Under the pieces are notes generated by a model. That model made no database searches and was not told the origin of the DNA. It was given only the letters and a program-made list of their open reading frames with translations. A stretch of 64,000 nucleotides of DNA from Camelus dromedarius (taxonomy: Eukaryota), in the NCBI RefSeq assembly GCF_036321535.1, contig NC_087437.1:50470001-50534000 (forward strand). The letters are read 5' to 3'. Below, piece after piece: positions 13,220 through 24,500 of this stretch. Each line of letters opens with the position of its first letter. The stretch's first letter is position 1. The position numbers were made by a program, and so were the translations under genes.

Positions 13220-16200
13220 ATTGTTGGGTACCATTACAACAACGTCTTAGTAGTAACTATTTTAAAGTTCTGGCTTTCATTTCATATAATTTCAATACAA
13301 TGAATTCTAAGATACTCTCAGGATTAAGAACATTGAAAATTAAACATGCTATTTTCAAAGGATTCCAAGTACATACACCTCTAAACCTTATGATCAAATA
13401 TTGCTCTGCAAGCTATGTATCATGTAACTATGTGATAAAGTCATTGACTACAGCTTAAATTAACATTTCCCCTCAGCCATTTTGTTTTCTCCTAAACATA
13501 CCCTGTAGCATTCCTTTTTGTAGAAACTGCATTTTGTATTGCCCAAGTTTTCTTCAACATTTCATAACCTGAAATAAAATGTTAAGTGAAGTTATATTAA
13601 ACATGCACCTAAATACATACAAACATTCTAAATATAAGATGAATATTATCCTTTTTTGTTTCCTTCTTTTCTTTGCTTATGAAGCCACTCACATGCTGCC
13701 TCTGGTAAGTTTCAAACTTTTCATTGTTTCAAATCAAGCTTTGCTTTAACTATTTTGGTTCAAAATTCTTCTTTGCTTTCAATTTATTTGATGGATTCTT
13801 CCTTTCAAAGCAGTGCTACCTTCTATGATCCAGGCTTGCTTTAATTTCAGTCTGACTCCATCTCTTTCCACTCCACTGAAAAGTCTGCCGAAGAACTAAT
13901 ATTCCCTCTAAGCCAGCCACTTAAAAAAATTTTTTTTACCAAACACTTTTCCCCAAACCAAACCTCGTGGGAAGTGCCAATAACCTACAAGAGATAAAGT
14001 AGAAAGCTTTCAACCTCATGAAACATAGCAGCCTTGAAAGCCAATGGTCTACAAGCTACACTGATTTCTGCACAAATACAAAAAAGGTAAACTGAAAATA
14101 TGCAAGGAATACCTGTAAGAAAAACTTGGATATACTTAAATTAAAAATACTTTTTAGAAACTCAATTTTTAAATGGATAATTATAAAATGATTCCCCAAG
14201 TAATCTGTCCTAAAAATTCCATAAATAAGGACATTACCTTTTAGGAATTCCAGGATGTGTACCTTTTATCATAATTTCCTTATTTATAACAGATTTTTAA
14301 AAGGCCAACCAAGAGAAGTAAAAAAACACATTAACACAGAACACTGAGCCTAGTGGAAAGTTGTCAAATAAATGAGCTGGTCAACAGGAAATGCCAATTA
14401 CCCAACAGTCAGTAAATAAAATAGATGGCAAGAATGCTCTGGTAAAACCATTTATGTAACTGCAGTATGAATTCAAAAAAAAAAACAAAAACAAAAACAA
14501 AAACACACACACAAAAAAAACAAAAACAGGACTATCTGCCTCCAGAATCAGGTACAAATCAAGCAAATATTAACCAAAATGGCGACAAACAGAAAGGATA
14601 AACCTGGAAAGGGGGATTTGTACTATTAGGAATTTTCAGATTTATCAGCTAGAAAATATAAATCCCTTCCCCTTCAGAAATCAAAGGTAAAGGTATCATA
14701 ATATACAACTTCACCACATTTCTATAAAGATAGAAATTATTGCTATATGATTGTAAAAATGGAGGCAAGTAGAGTTCAGAAATATACTTGTTTATAACCA
14801 ATTAAATGATGAGCCATAATTTGAACCCTAATCATCACATTATGTAGAAATCACAATTCAGTTATTGTGTCCTCAGTTATTAAGATAAATGTTAAATAGT
14901 TCACATTTTAAAAACATTTTATCATTACATTATCAAATTTGATAAAATCTTATCAAAACATCTCTGTATTCAATATAAATCATATTGTTAAAAGTATAAA
15001 GTAACATTTAAAAGAAAATTGCTGAGGTGTCAAATTAAGTATTTTCTATTAAATATACACAATTTAACATTTAGAACTCCATAAATTAATTCTTGCTAAA
15101 AGTTGATTCAGGTTTACAAAGGCATACTTTGTGAACTATATAAACTCCTCCAGCACCACTTTCCTTTTTCATTCCAAAATTCTTCCATTAGGTTTAACTT
15201 TCTCCTGTCATTCATATGTAAAATTTACAGAAGGCTTACAATACGTAGTCTTTATAGTAACATGTTTTTTAAAATCTAAGCAAAGTGCACATTAAACTAG
15301 CTACAACTACTCAATCTTGATTATCATCAAATAAAAAATAGATGAACACTTCATTCACTTAAGTCTTTCTGAGGAAAAAGAAAATAGTATACCTTGCTTT
15401 AAATAAGAATTCCCCAGTAAGTGTATTATATAAAAGATTCCCCATGTTATTTTATTTAATTTACTTCCTCTCATTAAGACTTTTTAAAAGTCTAATGAAG
15501 AACACATACTTACAATGCCTATTACACACTACAGTACTGTTAATTAAATAAAGCAGCCCAGTATAGTTGTAAACATTTTAAATGTAGTAAACATGACTTG
15601 GCATATCTTTTCTCCCCAAAACTTGCCATTACAATGCTCTTTCCATGAATAATTATCCTTCCTGGAAAAGTTTTCAGTATATTCTAGTCTTTAAAAATAT
15701 TACACTGAAATAATATGTGAAAAGATTTAGTCATGGCAATTTCACTGAATTTTATTGCCTCTGTTGGTAATATGACAGGGATTGTAAGAAACACAATTGA
15801 ACTTACAGAGATATGCAGATAGTCACTAAAGATGATCCTGATCTCAAGTATTTTTATATGTGGGCACCTCTAATTTATACACTTTACTATTTAAAAAGCA
15901 TTACATTTTAAAGTGTACCTGTTTTGACATTTGGCAAAAAGGATGTTGTACCTGCGGTTCAGTTTAAAACAAAGAATCAGTTTGGGGAGGTTACCAGGAT
16001 AAAGAATGAAACACTAATGAATTAAAGCAATTCAAGTTGTTTGTATATGTGTGTGTGAGCATGTATGCCTCTTTCAACCCCTCTCCATCAGTCTCTCTCT
16101 TTCACAAACACACACACACGGCCATTATGTGTAAGCAATTTTTAGTACAAAATATTTCCTGTAACCAGACACTTAGCCTCAGAATAATCACACCACATTA

Positions 16201-18472
16201 ACTCAGTCTTCTCTTTTCAGCCCTAGTAATAGTATTGTTTAATTCTAAGATGCCATCATAGAGTGAACAACCTTAACTTTTATGCTACATAATTATATTC
16301 AAAGCTTTATGTAATTTTCGTTTATAATTACACAGTAATTATAAATGTTTAGTACCAAACTGATGACAAACACTATTTTGTTGAAAAGGTCTTGCATTTA
16401 AAAGGAAAAATCTGTAAAACCCAAGGCACTAGGCCACAAACTAATATTAGACTTTTATGAAAAACAATTTATATTGGGGGAAAAAAGCTAATCGATCTCA
16501 TTTCAAAACACAGCATACTTGAATTAATCAATCCGAAAACAATACCATAACTCAAAATCTTCAAGACAGGAAACAAAATAGTACATATATATATATCTAT
16601 ATATATATCTTTTTAAAATTTCTCATAATTGAAGTTCCTCTTAATATTTACAAATATGAAATCAGGAAATACTGAAACCAGCAGGATTCTTTTTTCTTTT
16701 CTTTTTTTTTAAATAACCAATTCCAATAAACTGAATAGAAATTTTCAAAATTTTCTTTTGGTAAAACTGTATTCTTGAATTAAAGTTATGATTGGAATAT
16801 TAATATAGTATCTGGGGAAAGCTTTCTAGTCAATTTCAAAATCGTGTAAATAAAAAGTAGTTTTAATATATCATTGTTTCTTAAAATCATTTCCACATCT
16901 ACATTAATTATAATGTACTGCTATTCTGAAGTACATTTCTTTGATAATTTCAGCATTATACCTTAGAGAGTGCCTGGATACACCAAGAAAAATCTACTCC
17001 TGCTTAAAAACCACAGTCATCCAATAACTGAAGTTTTACGTTTTTTTAACCTGCCTTACAGAAATGTGTAAAAAAGCAATAAACCCTTCTTCTCATATCA
17101 GGAAGTGAACAAAGAAATGAGCATTTTCAGCATGAAAGCAATTCATGGGTCTTGTAATGAGAGAAAAAAATACATACAAGATAGAATTCTGCCTTGATGT
17201 GAGAAGTGAGCTAATGAGTGAAACAAAAACAGTAAAGAGACTGTAAATAATTTATGAAAATAGAAGCCAGATTGGTATTGTGCATTAAGTGCATGCTTGT
17301 TTGAAAATCTTTGCTCCTGAAGTATTTGGCAACCACAGTGATTAGCAGTTAAAGCAATTTCAACAAAATAAGAAGTCATCAAAAATGGACTATTTGTCTG
17401 AAAGAGCAGTACCTATAAGAATTGAACTTCATGGCTCATTACAACCATTTTGAAAATTTAATTCCTACTATCTTCTTATAAATTAAGAGAATTTCATTTG
17501 TGTTCCATAGTGCGCTGACCAAAAAACAAAATAACAACAAAAAAACAAAAAATAAACCCTCATGCCTAAATTTAGAGTATTGTATTATGTAGCAATCTAA
17601 AACATTCAAAACAAATTAAATAGTTTAACTTACTTGACAGGCATATAAGCATTTCAAAATCATAATGAAATCCAATTATGTAGTGCATAATGTAGACAGG
17701 AGTAGAATCTAACATTATGCAGACATTTTCTAAATAAAAGCCCCTGCAGGACAACTATATAAACACGGGTAAGGTAAGTGCAGACTAGTTCTGTGGAACC
17801 TTTCAAAATCGAGGGTCTGAAACACAATAAAATTTTGGGGTAGGCACACCAAGTTATCCTAAAAATTTTTCACGTTGGTTATTTTGACATTTTTTTTCTT
17901 CAGATACTCTACTCATGTTAACAATACATGTGATTTGCCAGAAACCCGCCCCCACCAAACCAAAACACCATTCCAGATCCAGTACACTTAAATATATCAC
18001 TCTCACTGGAAGTGCTATCAGCATAGTCTTTGCAACTAGCCCAAAGCATATATTTAAGAAGTTTTTATAAACTGTTTGTGATGTTCATACGTTTAATTCT
18101 TATGCCAAACTGTTTTCCGATGAAGACAGCATTGTGCTTTATATGCAAGAATGGAAACCTCAAAATAATCACCATAAAGCTTCTAAGACTTATGGGAAGA
18201 TAAACTAGGATGGTCCACAGACATAAGATGAAATCCACAATGTTGGAATAATAAATGTTTAGAGCGGCCCAGACTAGAAGACAAGCCCAAACCACCATTA
18301 GAAGAATGAAATACGATATGGTCCAAGATGTATCCTTAAAGTTTTGTCTCAACCCTCGGTCTGAATTGGGAGGATTGATCTTCAGTTCAGTCCAGCCAGC
18401 AGAAATTGACTGTGCAATTTTCCGTTGTATTTATTGTACAGACTATGTACATTCTAGAAGGTTCCTTTAGTG
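13220..18472 (-). other. DCUN1D1: Putative long DCUN1D1 3' UTR (distal end uncertain)
   Basis: AT-rich, about 5.2 kb with no recognisable interspersed repeat directly after the stop; minus-strand AATAAA at 18430-18435, 15751-15756, 15451-15456 and 13783-13788. Confidence 0.65.
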
Positions 18473-18552
18473 CTACACTGTTGTACTTTTTGTCCCAGCA
18501 ATTTGAGGGCGTGCAAATTCCACAAAGTCATCAATAAGAACAGGCCATGCTC
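18473..18552 (-). CDS. DCUN1D1: DCUN1D1 exon 7 coding part (80 nt; [26 protein letters not shown])
   Basis: Long polypyrimidine tract ending CCCCCAG|; TAG stop at 18473-18475. Confidence 0.97.
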
Positions 18553-21500
18553 CTGGGGGAAAAAATGGGATGAAGGAAAGAAAGAAAAGCAGGAGTAAGG
18601 CAAACATTTTAATAGAATCCTTTGTTTTTTAAAATATTTTCCGCATGACCATTAAAGTATACCTTTTTAAGTATTCCCACTGATAGGACTTCCAAAATTC
18701 TACAGTTTCTACCTAAAATACTCCTTGTATTCTCTCTGCTCTATTATTCCAACACTTGATCATTCCTTGAATGAGGAAAAAATAACTCTTCTGGTAATTA
18801 ATCAATAATATCATGGTTTTCTGAAGGCCACTGAGGTCAGACCACTGAAGTAATTTGATAAAATCTTACCCTGTTATGATGACATGCTGCCAGTGCTGAA
18901 AGCACAGTAGGTTGGAGTTAACAACCTTTTTGCATTTTGCGGCAATCTTACAAAGAAAATTAGCAAGGATCAAATTCTATCCTATTTCATAATAATAATC
19001 ACTAAAAGATTTAAAATTGCCTATCTGCATTTCTCTATGCATGCCAACCTCCAAATCAGAAGTTCTCCAGTTTTGTGTAAGGCCTAAGAGAAAACACAAT
19101 TATCAGTGATTTCTCACTTTTTAAGGAAGACAATACACGATCATGAAAACAAAGAAAAGGAAATAACAATATCTGTGGTTAGATTAAATAGTTTCAGGAC
19201 ACTTTTAATGAGGCCACGGTTAATTGAGATTTTTTCATAGAATACCTCTATTCAAAAATCTCACAAAAACTAGCTGCTAATTCTCAGGGGGGACTAGGTT
19301 AAGTATGTGTGAAGAAATCAATGTAAATACTGCCATTCCCAGAAAAACAAAAGCATATGTGCTGATAGTGGATGGCAGAAACATCTTTATACATACATGA
19401 AGGAACAGCAGAAAAGCATTCAATCAGTGAATATTTCTGAATGCTAATAGTGCTACAGAAGGCTACTAAAGTTCATTTCCACTTGGACAAAGTCATTAAA
19501 TTTAAGGAGTTTACAATCAAGTTCACAGACAAGACGGATAAGAATATAAAAAAATACATATAAGTACTATAAAAGTACATTAAGAAAAGATCAAGTTCTT
19601 AAAGTAAACTGAAAATCTAAAACATGGATGAAAATTACTCATGCCTCTCCGAAAGATATGAATATTGAGTTGGTATTTAAAGAAACAATACAAATTAGGT
19701 AAAGAGGATGAAGGCATTTCATACATTCAGAGAAGTACAAATAAAGTTCAGAAGAGGGCAATCCAAGAAAAACAGTAGTCAAGAAGTTCCAGAGTGTGTG
19801 ATAAAAGACAGGTTAAAAAAAAACAAAAAAAAACTGGTGGGGCAAAACTTTTCATTACCTTCTTCATCATAATTCGACATGTCATCTGCAATCATTGTAC
19901 TGAAGTCTAAAAGAAGATTCCAAGTATCTTTTGGTATTGATCGTTTATGATGTTCCTATTTTTCAAAAAATAAACAAAGAACATCCAAATCACTAAAGAG
20001 TTTCAAAAAAAAGTCCAGTTGATGCTAAATGTAAGAATGCAAAACTAACTTATGTAATGAAATTCTGGAAATCAAATTTCTCTTCTGTGTCCATTACATG
20101 CTCTGAGATGAGTTAGTCATGCTTAAAAATGTTCACTTATCTTCAAACAAAGCAAAAATTTAGACAAAACACCAAACTGCAGAAAACATGAACTTACCAA
20201 CAAAAATTTATTCCATAAGTCTAAGAATTTAAATCTTCCATTAAGCACTAAATTCCAGTAGGCAATGGCCATTTCTAGATCTGTAATAATTAAAAATAAA
20301 TTATATATTTCAAATGCCAGGAATATTTGTCCATGAAAAAACACCAGGTAATACCAAAGATAGCCTAAAAAGAAAAAAAAGAAAAAGAAAAAAGCTTGCA
20401 TCCTGAATACTTACATAATAAAAATTTCCTATAGAAGTAAGTCCAAGCTTTGTATCCTGCTTCTATCACCAATGAAAGGACCCTTCAGGGCAAGAAAAAT
20501 ATCACTTACCTCACAGTGGGTTTCTGAAGCTTAAATGAGATAATGTAGATAAGCATGCCTGACTATTTCATAAGTATTCAGATATTACTCAATGTATATC
20601 AGTGTTTCTTGACCTCAGCACTTTTGACATTTTGGGCCAGATAATTTTTTGTTGGGGGTATGGGGATGGCTGTCCTATGCATTATAGCAGTAACAGCATC
20701 CCTGGCCTCTATCCAATAGATGGCAGTAGCACTTCCGTCCTATCCCCAGTGATGACAACCAAAAATGTCTCCACATATTGCCAAAGGTCTCCTTGGGGGC
20801 AAAATGGCCCCCAGTTGAAATCACTGATGTACACCTATAGGTTATAGTGCAAAGAATTACTACTCACAATCCTGATCAATTTTACACTCCAAGTTGTTGG
20901 CTGGCTGATCCTGACCTCAAGGAGACCATTAAGAATATTGATTAAAAATTTTAAATTAATAATAAAATAAGATTTGTCTGTTTAAAAGTTTGATGAAGAA
21001 GATATAAATGACTATTTACCTAGGTTTGGAGCAGAGAAGGGTAAAAAAGCAATAGTGCCACAGGACAAAAAAAATTATACCTGTCATAAGACAGAAAGAA
21101 AGAAGTACATCCCTTTCAAGGAACTAAAATTAGTTATCTCAAGCTTTTATGAGTAAATTTACATTTCCAGGTCAGGAAAAATTACATCCCAAGTAACTTA
21201 ACAGTCCTTTTAGATATGATCTTCAAACTACTCTGGATAATCAGGAATCATGAGAGACCAGCTGAAAGACTCCAAAAACACTCATATTCTACCTCAAAGG
21301 AAAATACATAGGCCATAAGGCAAAAAAAATTCCTTGTCTACATTGGACCATAGCCTCTTCAAGGACAGCGACTACATATCCCCAAATTAGCAGACTGAAA
21401 CACACAGCAGGCATTCAGAAACTGCTTGATGAACGAACTTTCTAGAGTTCCACGTACAAATGTACTTCCCTTCAAATCCATCATTATGTCTTCCTTCAAA

Positions 21501-24500
21501 CTCAATGGAAAAGGTGCCTCTTTTTTCTCTTTTCCATGGTTAAGCCCCTAAGACCATTATTCTGGATTCCATACACCATCTTAACTTTTCAAGGAATCTG
21601 GTCTATTAGTTTTCTTCTCTCCCTGTACCTTCAAAGTTTGCTATCTTCTGGCTTTCCCTTCCACAAAGGAATATGCTCAAGATATCTTTTAAAAATCTTT
21701 CTTACATCCCTCCATCCCTTTAACTAGCTACCCTCTTTCTCCTTCCCTTCACAGATCATCTTAGAACAGCACATGCAGTCTTCTCCTTTTATATATAATG
21801 TGCTTATTTAAACATGTCTGAAAGTCAAGTTCAGATCCCCTTGTTTTAAGAGAACTAGATATATGACACCAATTCCTAATCACAATTCCTTTTAAATCTC
21901 TGCAGTCTTTAAAGCTCTATAACCAATATTCCTTCCAGGTTCTTTAATTTTATCCTTTTCTTTAACAACTAAACATGTAATTGTCCAGTTTAAGTGCAGT
22001 AAAACTGCTGTTATTAGCATGTGTAGGACTGGCTGTTATTGGCACGCTTAATGATTTCCTTCCTCACTTCAAATGCATTAAATTTATGGGAACTAAGTTT
22101 ATTACTAGTGTTAGCATTTTTCTCCTTTTCAACTAATTTTTACAAAATAAGGATGATAAACAATGAAATATTCAAATACCATGAGATACCTATAAATGCC
22201 CATTTGTCAGCTGATACACTAACCTAAGAATCTGGCAAGAGCAGGAGTGTATATCTGTGATGTTTGAAATTTCAGACTGTAAAAGAGAACTTTTTGTATC
22301 TATATTCATTGCCCCATTTCTTCACCTCCCACTCTAATTCTAGAAACTACTGTCCACCTCCATCGCTTATACCACTGAAAGTAATCTCTTGAGGGTCACC
22401 AAACCCTTCTGGTTGCCAAAAAACTTTTATGTCCTTAATTTACTTGGCTCTCTGCCATATTTGACAGAATTGAGCACACCTTGTGGATGGAATTGTCACT
22501 TCTTTGACCTTAATGATCTCATTCTATTGATCCTCCTCTGTCTTCTCTGGCCTCTTTTTCTTTTACTGACTCCTCTTCCTCCATTCATCCATTAAATGCT
22601 GATGTTCTATAACTGTATTATCAGCAATAACCACTTCCACTTCTCTCAGTAGATTTTTTCAAACCTTTACCTTTTTTTGCATTATACACTCAACTACCTC
22701 TAAACAACGCCTAAATCTGAAACTTCTATCTCTATATTCTAGATTCTTATACCTAATTTTCTAAGAACATCTTCAACTGGATATCCACAAACAACTCAAA
22801 TTCAATAGGGCTCACAATGAACTCATTATCTTACTTCTACAGACCTGCCATTTCCCTTCTCTCTCAATGAATGTCATCACCCTACAGTGTTTCTCAATGA
22901 AACATAATTTTTCATAGTGAGGAACTATCCTACGCACTGCAGGTCTTTTAGCAGCCTCCTAATCCCATCAGAAACCCTCAGTCTTATGACAACCAAAAAT
23001 ACCCCCACATATTTCCTAATGTCCCTGAAGGGTGTTGAGAATCACTTCCTCATCACACACTTCCAATCGAAGCTCTCTCAGTCTGGTTTCTATGTACCTT
23101 CTAAATCTCTCTTCTCCATCCCCACTTGCAGGACCTATGCTAGGCTTCATGTCTCGCTAAATCACTGCGACAGCTTCATAACCAATCTCTCTTTCCCTAG
23201 TTCTGCCTCCACTCCTTTTAAAGGACCTTATTGCTTTCAGATGAACCTTTTGAGCATATAAATTTCGTTTCACTTCCAGGTTAAAATTCTTCAATGATTA
23301 AAACGAGATACACTACACACCTTTTGGAATGGCCAAAATCCAAAACACTGACAACACCAAATGCTGGTAAGGATGTGAAGCAACAGGAACTCTCATTCAT
23401 TGCTGGTGGGAATGCAAAATGGTACAGACAGTTTGGCAGTTTCTTACAAAACTAAACATATGCTTATCATATGATCCAGCATCCCCACTTCTTGGTATTT
23501 ACCCAAATGAAGCGAAAACTTATATCCACACAAAAACCTGCACATGGATGTTTAAAGAAGCTTTATTCATAACTGCCAAAACTTGGAAGAAACCAAGATG
23601 TCCTCTGGTAGGTGAACATATATATAAACTGTGCACACCCAGATGAAGGAAAATTATTCAGTGCTAAAATGAAATAACTATCAAGGCATTAAAAGACATG
23701 GAGGAAAACAAATAATAATATTACTAAGTGAAAGAAGCTAATCTGCAAAGGCTATAAACTGTATGATTCCAACTATATGACATTCTGGAAAAGGCAAAGC
23801 TATGGAGGCAATACAAAGATCATGGTTGCCAGGGGTTAGGAGGAAGGAAGGATGAACAGGCAGAGCCCAGAGGTTTTTTTGGACAGTGAAACTTCTCTGG
23901 ATGATGCTATAGTGTGGATACATGTCATTATACACTTGTTCAAATCCACAGAAAGTACAACATCAAGAGTGAATGCTAACGTAAACTTGAACTTTGGAAG
24001 ATAATAATGTGTAGGTATAACTGTAACAAATGTACCACTCTGGTGGGAATCTGATAAGAAGAAGCTATGCATGTGTGGGGCAGGAGGTAGTTAGGAAACC
24101 TCTATACCTTCTGCTCAATTTTGCTATATAAAAATAGCAAAACAGCTCAAAAAATAAAGTCTATTAGTTTTTTTAAAATCTGCAGTATTTCCTGTTGCCT
24201 TCAGACACAGTCTGTATTTCTAGTCAGATGAACTTACTCGCAGTTTCTCAAAGGTGCTATGTCTCTCACCACTAAGCAACTGAACTTGCTAATCTCTCCA
24301 CATTAGAGACAGCTTCTCTTTCATTGGGCCTTGAAAACGTATATTCATTCTTCAAGGTTCAAAAATTATAATCTTTGTGAAAACTTTGCAAACTCACCCA
24401 GACAGACTTAAAATGCTCCTAACACCATGCTCTCAAAGTAAGCAGTCAATAAATGTTTTTGAATGAAACAAGAATACTTAAAAAGATTAGTAAATTGTTA

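Larger units (their letters stand above)
21440..24470 (+). mobile_element. Fragmented L2 LINE hosting later insertions
   Basis: L2-like C/T-rich blocks at about 21440-21760, 22310-23300 and 24180-24470, ending CAATAAATGTTTTTGAATGAA. Confidence 0.6.

Noticed and set aside
18467..18475. Stop-codon readthrough at TAG-C
   Set aside because: An in-frame TAA follows after one codon (TAG CAC TAA), so no meaningful extension results.
21985..22285. Possible Tigger-like DNA transposon
   Set aside because: Only vague terminal similarity; I could not establish TIRs or a TA TSD by eye.
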